A stretch of 64,000 nucleotides of DNA from the NCBI GenBank assembly GCA_020891255.1, contig BQFW01000005.1:1846512-1910511 (forward strand). The letters are read 5' to 3'. The translations under genes and the position numbers were made by a program. This document shows, piece after piece, positions 13,401 to 25,549 of the stretch. Every line of letters begins with the position of its first letter. Position 1 is the stretch's first letter. Source of the DNA: Entomortierella parvispora E1425 (lineage: Eukaryota; Fungi; Mortierellomycota). The notes beneath the pieces are model-generated. The model did not search any database. It saw nothing but the letters and a program-made list of their open reading frames with translations, and was not told where the DNA came from.

Positions 13401-14630
13401 CTGACCACGCACTGAGGGCATCAATGAACTGAAGGTCATGATCACCCAGGTACTGAATATCGTTCCAATAGAGTCCTTTGAGCGCCACTGGAACGTTTCC
13501 TTCAAAGATAAAGTTGCCGTGCCCATCCATCCGTCGTAGATGATTCCGTCAGTTCTCAATGACAAAGATCATCTAATTTAACAAATATAGACCGTTAGTA
13601 CACACATGCATACATACACGCGGCCTTGTTAGAATTTTTCTTTTTTTTTTTAAATAAAAAAAACAAAATAAGAAACATACCCATTCAGCCATTCCAATGA
13701 TTTTTTGTGGACAGATTCTGGTGAAACTTGCGCGCGGTGAGATTGTTTCTTCTCTATGTCTCCATGCTAGTTCAACTCTGCACTGCAAGCATGGCCGTGG
13801 TACAACGCCAAGATCAAAGGTAGGGTCCAGTTGCAGCGTCTTATGCTTCAATCAGAGGCACTGTCTCTTTCGAAAGAGGATCCGGCAGCACACGCAACAG
13901 ATGCTCCTGCTCGCTCTCCTCATTGTCGTTACCATTGTCGCTAGCATCGTCCCTGCGGTCCTCTTCTTCCTGAGCGTGCAACAACAAACCAGTCGTGGAT
14001 ACTGAGACTTTCTAGGGCCTTCCATAGATAGTGAAATCCAAGACCCTCGAGTAGCTCCATACTAGTGCCATCACTGGTGGGAGCTCTGTATGCGCAACAA
14101 TAGTGGAGTCGGCTGTTAAGTTGACAGCAGCAGCCCCCGAAGCCACTCTAAAGACAACCAACCTACCCCTGGTGCGATGCAAACGACCTCGAGTCGAAAT
14201 GATCCTCCTGACCACCTCTATGACTCTGTGACAATCAATCCTGCATGACATGCAACCCTGATACGTCGTCAATGTCGTTGTCGCCGTCGTTGCTTGCAAG
14301 TCCTTTTCGAAATGTGCACAGGCATTGCCTATTGATGAATCGAATAATTAAGACATGAGCAAACCTCCATTGGACCACATCATTGCTCATTGGCCGCCTG
14401 AGTACCTTCTATTTTGTGTCGTGTTGGTCTCTGAGATAAAGGACGATCAAAGGCAGCAAGGGTAGAGTAGATATGCAAAGACACAGCAAGAGTAGATATG
14501 ATACAAGATGCATCCTCACAGAGGACAAGAGAATACGCGGCGCGACATGGCACGTGCACGTAGCACTCCCGACGGAAACTGCTCGGTGACGTCAGAGGGA
14601 CGTCACCCAGAGGGGCTTTCAGCCGGTGCA
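10420..14630 (-). mobile_element. Degenerate Helitron (Rep-helicase remnant with stops, frameshifts and internal deletions)
   Basis: Fragments align by eye to the intact RepHel at 60065-64000: RGAPHVHFVLW (HUH), CRFGFP...YNP...NINIQ...YLHKYMSK, EICMDLL, PFGGISFVIFADLA*LGP, FIGANVIVTSN. Its 5' region is homologous to 35170-35470 and 40960-41350. Confidence 0.88.
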
Positions 14631-15053
14631 AAAGAGGGGAGAACAGGGGATATAAAAACAACCCCTAAAAAGCCCTAAATCTCGCCTTCCACAGCGTGCA
14701 AGAAGGAATTAAGGCGTGGATTGTTGGTATCGAGAGAGCGCGGAACGTGCGCTCGACGTTGCAAGTGGTCCAAACCAAGCCTAGATCCAGATTGGCGGTG
14801 CTCACGACAAACGAATTGTGAAACGGTCAAACGATCGCCCCAATCGATCATTGGACGCGTCCGTTTCACGCGCCGTGGCTTCTCTCTCATTTGTACTCTT
14901 TTCGTCTTTGTGTCCTTCTACAAACCCCTCCAGAAAAAAATCCTCTCCTTTCCTACTCCTCCCTTCGCTTCCTTTCGTCCGCCCTTCCCCCACCCCCATA
15001 GTTCAACCTCCTTCATATACCCAGCTCAAACACAACAAACCCCTATATGCACT

Positions 15054-16914
15054 ATGAACGATAAGTACGAAGAGGGCGATGCCCACGACAGATACGATGT
15101 CGATGTCTCGGAGCCTCAGCTTGCCAGGGAGCAGGACCCTTTTGCCAGGGAACAGGACCCTCTTGCCAGGGAACAAGAGGGTTACTCTCCTGCCAAGGAA
15201 CAAGCGGACTTGAAGCGTGGCCTTCGTCTTCGCCATATGATCATGATTGCTATCTCAGGAACGATCGGTACCGGTCTTTTCTTAACTTCTGGACAAACCA
15301 TTGCCATTGCTGGCCCCGGTGGTGCCTGTAAATACAATCCCTCCTCCCTCCCATCACCTTTGCGCATGTTCTAATCTAGTCGTTTTTAATATCGTTCATT
15401 CGTGAAACTAACTAACCGAACTAATATATGTATATGTTCTCTGTCTGGTAAAAAAAATGATAGTGCTCGCTTACGTGGTTGTTGGTGTTTGGTTGCTCTT
15501 TGTCTGCCAAGCCATTGGAGAAATCGCGACCTTGTTGCCTTTGCCCGGTGCCTTCAACGCATGGGGAGGGCGTGTCTTTGATGAAGCCCTCTCCTTTCAA
15601 ATGACTTGGATGTATTTCATCAACTGGGCTTTGACCATCCCCGCCCAATTGTCTGCCTCTGCTGTCATTGTCAGCTTTTGGTTACCCGACGATTCCAAGT
15701 TCCCTGCTTGGGTGGTTCCATTGTTGATCATTATCGCCATGGTCTTTATCAACAGTGTCGGTGTCAAGACTTATGGTGAACTCGCATATTGGTTTGCGAT
15801 CCTCAAGGTTTTGACCATCATCATCTTTATCATTTGTGGTGTCTTGGTCGATGCTGGTGCTGTCGGTGGTGTCACATATGGTGTCAAGAGCTGGCATTTG
15901 GATGGTGCTCCCTTTAAGGGAGGCTTCCTAGCTTTTATCAACACTTTGGTCGCTGTTGGTTATGCTTATAGTGGTACTGAGCTGACTGGTGTAACCGCTG
16001 CTGAGTCTCGTAACCCTCATAAGCATGTCCCCAAGGCCGTCAACATTGTCTTTTTTCGTATTGCCTTCTTTTACATTGTCTCGATCTTCCTTATTGGCTC
16101 CATCATTGACAACAATGACCCCTTGATCAACAAGGCGGCCAACACGGCCTCGGACGCTCCCTTCACTTTGGTCTTTATCAGGGCTGGTATGAAGGGCACT
16201 GCAAATTACATGAACGCCGTCATCTTCACCTCGGTCTTCTCCGCCATCAACTCCGATTTCTACGTTGCGACCCGTATGTTGTTGTCCTTGGCTCGTAACG
16301 GATGGGTCCATAAGTCGATCGGTTATACCAATGCTCGTGGTGTTCCATTGGTCGCCTTGGCTGTCATCACCTTCTGCTCTGGCCTGTCCCTTTTGACAAT
16401 CTTTATTGGATCCGGTACGGTCTTCCGTTGGTTGGTTTCCATCTGCGGATCCATCATCTTCCAGACTTGGATTTTTACTCTTCTCCTTCACTTCCGTTTC
16501 CGCTACTGCTGGAACAAGCAATGTCGTCCAGTTTCCGACTTGCCTTATGTCGCTTGGGGTTACCCCTATGGTAACATCTTGGCCACTTTGATTGGTCTTG
16601 GCTGTATCATTGCCACTTGCTACTTGTCTGTGATTGGATTCCCCGCTTACCCTGGTGCCGATGCTGGTGCCGACGCTTTGAACACTTACAAATCAAATCG
16701 TGATTTGTGGTATCAAAACTTGTTGGGAGCTTGGTTCACTTGGGTTTGTTCTGCTTTCCTCTATACTGGTTACAAGATTGTACGCAAGACTCCCTTAATT
16801 CGTGCAGAGGACGCGGACTTGGATACTGGTCGCTTTATCCCCACTGAGGCTGATAAGCAAGATTTGGTTGCCCATCGTCCTTTGTGGAAGAGGATCGTCC
16901 CTTACTTGATCTAA
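15054..16914 (+). CDS. Amino-acid permease (APC superfamily, yeast amino acid transporter type)
   Basis: ATG 15054; LKRGLRLRHMIMIAISGTIGTGLFLTSG; intron 15328-15463; YSGTELTGVTAAESRNP; about 12 hydrophobic segments; TAA at 16912-16914. Confidence 0.93.
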
Positions 16915-17529
16915 TTTAGAAAAAGTTTTTATTGTTGCTCATTAAATATTTATAGTAGAAAATAGACTCATAGACCATGAAACAACAGCTTACTGAGATC
17001 ACCAGTGCCCCTGTGCATGAGGAAAGGCGGAAGAACGTTTTGTAGGGCACCTCCCATTTTGCCCCACAGGTGAGATCCTTGTCATACAGAGGACATCCTT
17101 CAGTCTTGATTGCCTTCCAAAAATCATCAAATGGCATCTTGATGCCGCCTCCATTCTTGCCTTCCTCCCTGACGGTGATGATCCCTGCAGAACAGAGTAC
17201 GTTAATTAATACCAAACTATCAAACTATTCTATTTGAAGACGTGTTTGAACAAAAGATTATCTTTTCCAAAGAGACCTGCTTGTTGCCATAGTTCCAGTT
17301 CAACTTTTTCGTTTTTATCGTCCCTATTATCTCTTTTCATCCTCAACCGATTGCTCTGCATGCTGAGCAAACAAACAGCATGCTCTGTGCTATGAGTGCA
17401 ACATTCAACGGATGAAGGACCCAGTCCAAAGCCAAGCCCATGTACCATGCCAGCTATGATGCCCTTTTTTTTTTTTTTTTTTTTTTTTTGCTTGACACGA
17501 CAAAGAGATTTCTTTATTCCTATCCTGCT

Positions 17530-19660
17530 AATTATCATCCTCAGCTTGGCCGACTACCGGATGCATGGTGACACATGGTACCCGATACTGCCGCACCTTC
17601 CCCTCTTAAAAATGAGTCCATGCCGTTGTTTGAAGGCTGTGACCATATCCGTGCATTTATCCAGGTTGCTCAAAGGGACCCATTCGTCTGCTTCTCTGCC
17701 GAAACCTTCCATGCGACTAATAACAGATGCTGCCTGCGATAAAAGCGATACTTCAAAATTTCGTCCACTTCGTCCACTTCGTGCTCTTCTTTGCTATCGT
17801 CTATAGTCGGGTCTGGTGGGGCTGTAACTCGAGGGCCAAATGACTCTGGGTGCTGCAGGTAGGGTCGGAAGGTATCAACGTGGAATACATCGTGGATCTT
17901 GCAGAAATAAGGCAGCTCAACGCGGGGGGGTAACTGGTGAGTGCTGTTCCAAGAGGATGAAAGGACCAATATATTGCGGTCGCAGTTTGTCGGCTGGTCT
18001 GGTGCTATGGGCGGGAATCGTGATGTTGGCAGCACTCAGCAAGACCTGGTTAGTCATCGACTTTGAGCTTATGTTATCACGTCGGCGCTTGTACGCCTGC
18101 TCTCCCTGCTGATCCTGAGCACGCTGTAGTGCGTCCTGGGCGAGGATGAGCGTCGTCGCCTGCTCCGTGAGAAAACTGTCGACGGCGACGACAGTTGCTT
18201 GGCACACTGAGTGGCCAGTGTTGAGAAAGAACAGAGAGTAACCAGTGGAAGCGTTGACAGCGCCGTTGTAAGCAAACTCCAGCGAAGGAAATAGCTGGTC
18301 CCAGTTCGATTGTTTGTTGTCAACGAAGGCCCATGACATAGTCTTCAGCGTCTTGCTCATAACCTCTGTCAGTCCATCCGTCTGTGGGTGATAGGCCGAA
18401 GACAGAGCTAGCTTCACATCCAGCAGTCTGTGCAACTCCTACCAGAATGTGCCGGTAAAACGTGTGTCGCGGTCGCAGATGATGGACGTAAGGAGGCCAT
18501 GCAACTTGACGATATTGTCGAAGAACTGGTGAGCGACATCGACAGCTGTGGCGGAAGTGGTGCTGGGGAGAAAGTGTCGACAAAGACCGTGATGGCGTTG
18601 AAATTGCGGGCTGTGGGTGGAAGAGGGCCAATGTAGGTCCATGTTGACGACGTCCTAGCGCTGAGAGAGGATGGAGAGGGGTTGCAACAGTCCTGCGGGT
18701 CGCTCCTAAGATCTTTTGTTCCTGTGGCACTTTTCGCAAGCGGCAACGCATTGCTGGTCCTCGACGATGTGTGGCCAACACACAAAGCGGCGCAGGTTGT
18801 CGTAGATCATCTGAAAGCCAAAGTGTCCACCGGTGGCAGAGTTGTGAGCGTCTGGCAAGAGAGTGAGGCGGACGGAAGAGAGCCGAGGTATGGCTAGAGG
18901 TAGTAACTCCTCGTCGAGCGAAGTAGAGGAGGTCGTTTTCGTATCGATATCCATTGGCAACCTTTCCTTCCAGGTAGTCCTTATAGATGGGTCCGAGGCG
19001 AGGGTCGCTCCCGTAGTCCTGCATACGCTGGTAGCGGATGACGGAGGATAGGGATAGACATGGAGGTTCAGGTCGTGGCACTCCGGCAGGCGCGATAGAG
19101 CGTCGGGCACAGCATGTCGACTCCTCGTTTGTAGAAGCCGAAGTCATGCTCCTGCAACAACCATACAATAAGCCTGTCGACGAGTGTAGCATGGCCAGTG
19201 TTGATGGTGAATTTGGTGCCGTCAAGGTAGTAGCGCCAGGTTTGCATGGCATGAATGACAGCTAGCAGCTCCTGCTCATGGGTGGATTAATTCCGCCCTG
19301 CATTAATGGCAAAGCCAGATGCATCCGTGTCCAAGATGGTAATGAGGCCAGGGTCGACTATGTGGATGACGATGTCGAAGCAGATGGCGCGCTTGATCCA
19401 ATGCAACTTGCTGTTGGTCGGTCCATGTGACGGTCGGTCCAGTACATGTCCATGCGAGTGTTGTTGGCGCGGAGGGAGGGAAAGAAGGAAAAAAGAACCA
19501 GGGAGAGGAAAAAAAACGGAGCCAAAATGGCCCAAAAAGGAAACTGGATCGTACAAAAAATAAAAGCAGGGGAACAGCACAAGAAAGAAAAAAAGTCTAT
19601 GGCCCTGCGTCCATTTCTCAACTCCTACTGTGGCAGGTATCCCACAGTGTCAGACTTATC
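17530..19660 (-). mobile_element. Ty3/gypsy chromovirus remnant, internally deleted (gag fragment, RNase H, integrase, chromodomain)
   Basis: TDASGFAI (RNase H), LAVIHAMQTWRYYL, PDALSRLP, integrase AYHPQTDGLTE / WDQLFPSLEFAYN, chromodomain EVDEILKYRF...LVAWK; PPT AAGAGGGGAAGG (17607-17596) followed by LTR start TGCGGCAG; 5' LTR end CTGCCACA at 19629. Confidence 0.88.
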
Positions 19661-19822
19661 ACCACTTTGGATGTCTGCCTTTTCCTTTTTTTTTTTGTTT
19701 TTCAACCCAATAGACTTTTCTGCGTCCAAGGTCATCGATGATATAAAGGGCACCAGATACCCCCCTTCCGTCACACACTCACACTCATACAGACACTCTC
19801 ACACAGCCCACACACACTCTCC

Positions 19823-20506
19823 ATGATTGAAGCAAAAGCAGCCACCATTTCTGGTCGGTACAAGAGACTAACCAATTCACCCAACAACGTCTTTTCTACA
19901 TCCCTCTCCAAAACAATCACGAAAGTGGTGGGGTCAAGCCGTCCAGAACTCTGCGCGGAAATCCTGCAGTATTTGATTCAGCAGCGCGATCTCCACAATG
20001 CAAACCGCCAGGTCATCAACTCTGAACTTGCTCGACTGATCACTGAACACTCTCAGCCAGCAGTTTCATCATCCCAAGCACCTCCAACCGCCGACCAAGC
20101 TAGTCTGTTTACAGAAACCATGAAACTCAAAGCTTCCAACATGTTGGAGCGGATGTTTCTGGCCGAGCTCCCTACACCCTCTCCTCTCCTCCCCCACACA
20201 GACCTTATCGAAAGCCAACAGAAACTATGGGTTTTTCTCTCAAAGATGGGGACAGGAGACTGGCACATTGCGACTTCTCTCTTGCCTTGTTGGGATCCCA
20301 AGGACTTTGAGGTTCTTATGACCGCGGGCCTCAAAGTGTACACTGCCACCACCAACGATCCCTCGGATCACCACCAAGAAAAACTTTGTCAGTTCTCTAC
20401 ACTCAAAGAAAATGTGGGCACCCGGGCTAGAGATGTGTCGACCAGAACGCAGGCCGAGTTGGCACAGTTGCAAACCAGTTTTGCAGACCCTGGGGTAAAA
20501 AACTAA
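19823..20506 (+). CDS. Hypothetical protein (227 aa ORF, no recognised domain)
   Basis: Long ATG-initiated ORF with a TATAAA about 75 bp upstream; no motif recognised. Confidence 0.3.
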   Translation: MIEAKAATISGRYKRLTNSPNNVFSTSLSKTITKVVGSSRPELCAEILQYLIQQRDLHNANRQVINSELARLITEHSQPAVSSSQAPPTADQASLFTETMKLKASNMLERMFLAELPTPSPLLPHTDLIESQQKLWVFLSKMGTGDWHIATSLLPCWDPKDFEVLMTAGLKVYTATTNDPSDHHQEKLCQFSTLKENVGTRARDVSTRTQAELAQLQTSFADPGVKN

Positions 20507-23360
20507 AAATTGCCTGATGATCCCAACTCCTTTGCCATCCCAAGGACGGTACTAACCTTTCTCCTTATCCTCTAGTCTGTTCTCTCCAACCTTTCACAGA
20601 CACCAAAATCTTGGAACAATAGGTACTACGAAAAAGGTGAACTTTTTGAACTCTATATAGTCCTTGTGCTGTTCTATTTCTTGATCATCCTGAGTCATCC
20701 TATCCACTTTGTTTCTCTGGTCTATGGTTCTCCTGCTGATCCTTCCCTGTCTTTTTATCATTCTCATAACAACTCCACTACCAGCTGCAGTCATTCTCTT
20801 GTTTTATATCTTTGCAAAGTTCACCTCATAAACACAGGCCACCTTTTTTTTTTCTCCATTGTCTGACTTTGTGTACACTTTGTACCCTTGCTATTCTAGA
20901 GTTTCTAAACTCTTGGTTCTTTTTATTAAGAGAGTCATTCGTTTCTTCAGGCAAACTCTCTGTAAAGATGCCAAGTGACTCAAGTACAGCAGCTCACCAA
21001 GGTTACATTGTGTGTTATGAAGACACAGAGGCAGTGCAGATCAGTGTGTCTGCCGACATTAACCAAATCCGACGCAAAAGTCGAAAGCGTGAGCAAGAGT
21101 AAAAAAAGCCAGATCAGGCCCAAATTCCATTGTATCTCATCCAGGTATGTACCGATAATGTTCATTTCCTGCACATGGACACCCCGTCAACCGTTCTCAC
21201 CATGACCTTCAACACCTGCTCTGATACAGACTCAAAATGGACCCTGTGCAACAATGTGCGTGGTCAACTTTTTGATCAATCAGCCAGAAAATACTCATGG
21301 ACCTGTCATGAAGCAACTTTGTCAACAAGTCAAAGCAGACCCGCGCCCAGAGGTAAGACTGAGGATTGCCTTTTTCTTTTTGTTACCCAAGTCCAAAAAG
21401 TCCAACTCTTTCATCCTTCTCCTCTACGTTTACCAGTCGCTTGTGGAGAATCATTCGGTATTGCATGCATTGCACCATCAGGTGCTCAGTATGGAATCAA
21501 AGCGCTCCATAGCATTCAACAGGTAGAGCCCGAGTCTCCGATTTTCTTGACCAATTGCTGCAAGGTCAGTCCAAGGGCAGGCATTGTCCTCTATGGCCTA
21601 TGTACGTATCAATGCAAACAAAATAAATACATATATTTATAAAGCCATTAGTTGTTTCGAATGGACAGACAGGCCGGTCATGAGCAGCACAGGGCTACCC
21701 ACAACCCTTACATTCATCCAGTTTTGCACTTCACGACGATCCTTGGTGACGTCCAGATCCATAGGCCAGAACTTTTCAGTAAAGATTCTGGAAATTTTCT
21801 CTGTGCTTTCCTCTCCAACAGACGCGAGCAGCCGCTGTGAATAGGTGCCACCCAGAAAGAGAATACCCGAACGAGATCTATGGATGAAGAATGTAACTGT
21901 CAGTTTATGAAGCAACAAAGTAACAAGTAAGCAATGAAAAGCGAGAGGGCACTTACAGGACATCCTGAACCTCTGTGATGGCTATCTTCTTTCTTAGACA
22001 AGAGTCATGAGAGACCTTGAATGCCTCTCCAAAGTCATGGTCGCCAAGGCTTCCCTTGAATAGAAAGTCGTTGGGTACGATGCTAGGGAGCATGTATTCC
22101 TAATCCTCTACAAACGGGTTGTCTGGTGTTGCTGGATGGTACGTATGACCAGGACTGTTGATATCCTCACTCCTGATACGGAACAAGTGCCGTGATTGTG
22201 CTATATATTTTACACAAAAATGAAAGTGGTAGTTCAGTAGAAACGTTCCGCAATGTGATCCGCAAGTTGGTATACCAGAAGAGACCATGCCTGTTTGTTC
22301 ATCTGAAGAATAACTATCACTGACGTTTGCTGAGAGTCCGGCACTGGCAGTACGGTCTCGTTGTTCTGACGGATTGCGAATGTGACGTGTCAAAGAATAC
22401 AATACATGCATCACGTTAGAGATTTGTTCTTGCCCATTATCATGCACAGAAAATAAGACCTACCTCCTTCATCCTGAAGTGCACTGTCCAAAAGCTGCTC
22501 TTCTTTTTAATAAACGAATCTCTGTCGCTTTGTCATAACACCGTCCACGAAGCCGTGGAGTTGATGCCGTGTCTTCTCCAGCTTTTCTTTCGAGGCGAGA
22601 CTGGCAAAGTAGGATTCCTCATCCTGCTTCCTAACCTTGGACTCCCACTCTTTTATCAAGCGAGCGGCTGTCTCTCGGAGGATTTGACCTGGTTTCTCAT
22701 CAGACGTGCCACGCTGCTTTTCCATTCAGCTCTCAACACCACCTTTGTCGTCTTTCCTTGACCGTTATCAGCGTTCCATTGTAAAAAGAGGAAGAGTTGA
22801 AAGGAGAGTTGAATGTTGAGACGGCACAGGCGCGATTTGTGGGCTGCACGCTTGGAGGCTGTTCGGAGCCATGCCGTTGTTTTTGCGGTGGAGGAGGCGA
22901 GGAGGGAAGAGAAGGTCATCAAGTGGGAGAGCTGGTGGGAAGAGAAGTTGAGGGCCTCTGCTGCGATGTGGAAGGCGTAGTGTAGTATAATGAGATACAT
23001 ACTGCACATTCGACTCTTGTCGGTTCCCACAACTGAGTCCCAGCGCGGAGCTGCGAGGCAGAGGAGTGAAAGCCACAACAGGCTGTCAATAAACAAGAAC
23101 TAAGCAACACTTGGCTATTCCCCATAGACCAGCGGGAGCCTTTCCCTACGGGACCATCCCACGTAACCATCCCACGTAATATTATGATTAGGGACCGAAG
23201 TCCTATTTATGTTTCTCTTTTGCTTGTCACTGCACAGCAGTAAAACGACATTGTAGAGCTTCCAAAAAAAAAAATGAAAGATGATAGTAGATTTTGTAAA
23301 AACTTTGTGAGATGAAGAGGTTGAGAACTGGTCGCGGGAGTGGGCAAATCGACATTCAGT

Positions 23361-24652
23361 TCAAATCTGAGGGGCCTTGACACCGGTGGGCTCTCCATTG
23401 GTGTCGACAGCGACAGTTCCTTGAATAGGATAAATAAACTGTTTCTCCCAGTAAGGCTGCGCAATATTGTTGCAGGCAGTTGCAGGCATGGTCTGGTACT
23501 CTTTCTGGATTGTCGGCAACCAAAATTCGGCCAACGTGATCGTAGAGTTCGAAAGCTCGTGCTCCAAGACGATATGACCATTTTTGTTGTCCTTGCCTTC
23601 CTCACGACTTTTAATCCAGTTGTCGACAGTTTTGTTCGCAGTTGCATAGGTGATCGCTCCCGGACCAGGGGCAACTTGATCGCCGTTAATGTTCCAATCA
23701 TTTGTGTCCCTGTCCCAGATGATGGTTCGCATGCCCATCTGCCAGGCAATGGCACGGATGCGGTCATCAACATCCCCATAAGGTGGGCGCCAGCATTTGG
23801 GAGTGATGCCGAGAACTTGCTTGATCATCCTCAAGGAATAGTAAAACTCGGCAACGACTTCAGCGTTGGTTAGAGTAGTCATGGAAGGATGAGACCAAGT
23901 GTGAGCACAGATCGTGTGGCCGTCGTTAAATCCACGCTGAGCAGCAGCAGGCGCACCAATAATCTTGGATCCGATGTAAAACAAATTGGCCTTTTGATCG
24001 TTGTGCTTGAGCAAGTAGTCGTAAAGGTTGGGCTCGGCCCATTTGGAGTTTTCGGCAGTTACGGGCCAATAATACATAGGGCCATCGTCATAAGTTAAGC
24101 CCCAAGTACCAGCTTTGGGGCAGATAGAAATATCGGGGGGGATGTAGTGGATCTTTGGGGTGGTACACAAAGTCTGAGTCCTATTTGTGAAAAGTAAGCG
24201 TGATGAGCATGTCTGCTCAGGATACAGTAGCTGTTACACAGTCAATGCGAACACAACATAACAACATACCACCAACAGTAAGGATCACTAGCTGGATACT
24301 CGTCACCATAGGCGTCCGAGGTAACTGGAGCGCTAGGAACTTTAGTCCAGTCAATTGCCTTCATGATAGGGATAATGTTGGGATCCTTGGCTGCATTGGT
24401 AACAACCTCATTCATGGTTGGATAGCCCTCCAAGCTGAAAGAGGCAGTAGAAAGAGGGCCCGAGGGCAAAGCCGCTTTGGGATTCGAGGGTGGCCAGGAG
24501 GTGATGACATTCTTCTGTTTCGGGAAGGAGGGCAGCCATTTAGGTGAGGCTTGGGGAAGGTAAGTGGAGGATTTGGTCGCAGGAGCAGCTTGGACGTTGA
24601 TGGTTGCGAACAAGAGCGTCGCCAAGGCAATGGCGCTTTGGAAGGATAACAT
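23361..24652 (-). CDS. Chitin deacetylase (CE4/NodB polysaccharide deacetylase), secreted, 2 exons
   Basis: Signal peptide MLSFQSAIALATLLFATINVQA; intron 24269-24181; catalytic motifs TYDDGP, HTWSH, RPPYG, IVLEHE. Confidence 0.92.
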
Positions 24653-25005
24653 TGTTAAGGACAAAGAGAACAGAGGAGGAAGGGCAATGAAAAAATTACA
24701 TGAAAAGAAAGCACCATCTTTATACTTTCTGGACAGCACCCGATTCTATTAATATGAACGAATGTCCATCTAGACCATGTTCTCCTTTTTGAGCAAAAAA
24801 AAAACTTTGCGGGTCGTGGCAAGAGGTTCACCTCCGGGGATCTCCCAAACCTAGGTACTGCAAATCGAAGGAAAATCGACGCTCCAGACAAATGGGCTCT
24901 CATAAAAATGCGTGTTTCTTGCCACCCTTTTTTTTTTGTGGCCGAGAAATCGAGCCCGGAAGAAAGAAAGCGCAGTGCCAGGGGGCTCAAGGTCTGGCCA
25001 TCAAG

Positions 25006-25448
25006 AGCCCCTCTCAAAAACCTCAGAATCTCGCTGTTGAAAGAAAGTTTCGTTTGTGCAACACCAGGTGAAAAAAAACTTGCTGACCTTCGCTGTCCCT
25101 CTCAAAAATTGCTTTTCGCTCTGGATGAATTGTCGCTGTCCCGTTTCGCGACGTGTCAACCCCAACCACTTTTTTTTTTTTTTTTTACATGCCAGTTGTC
25201 TCTCTTCCCCCCCGCGCTATCCATGCCTACCCGACCATTCCAGAGGCCTAAACGATACCGCAAGCCACAACGCCGCCCTTCCAGCGTGGGTCGCACAAAC
25301 AAGGGCAGCGAAACCTTCTTTGTCCGGTCCTCGGTCTTCTGGTCAGGACAACTTCGACTCCATCCTTGTTGCACAAATTGGTCTGGCGTTGCACAATCAA
25401 AACTTTCTTTCAACAGCGAGATTCTCGCTGAGGTTTTTGAGAGGGGCT
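25006..25448. mobile_element. MITE-like element with about 65-bp terminal inverted repeats
   Basis: AGCCCCTCTCAAAAACCTCAG at 25006 is the perfect reverse complement of 25428-25448; the IR continues imperfectly (AATCTCGCTGTTGAAAGAAAGTTT...TGTGCAAC); no coding capacity; TSD not clear. Confidence 0.72.
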
Positions 25449-25549
25449 AGTGTCGCTGCCCTTGCCATGTGAGCAGGAATCATGCCGATTCCAATGACTC
25501 CATTGGTCTCGTCATGAATGCCATGGAGCTAGAATGGCCCTTTGAATTA

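Noticed and set aside
16916-17538. Possible exons of a small Cys-containing protein on the minus strand
   Set aside because: Could not assemble a consistent gene model or recognise a family
20900-23100. Scattered protein-like fragments (e.g. 22507-22725), possibly a decayed lineage-specific gene
   Set aside because: Multiple stops, no recognisable domain, frames could not be joined confidently
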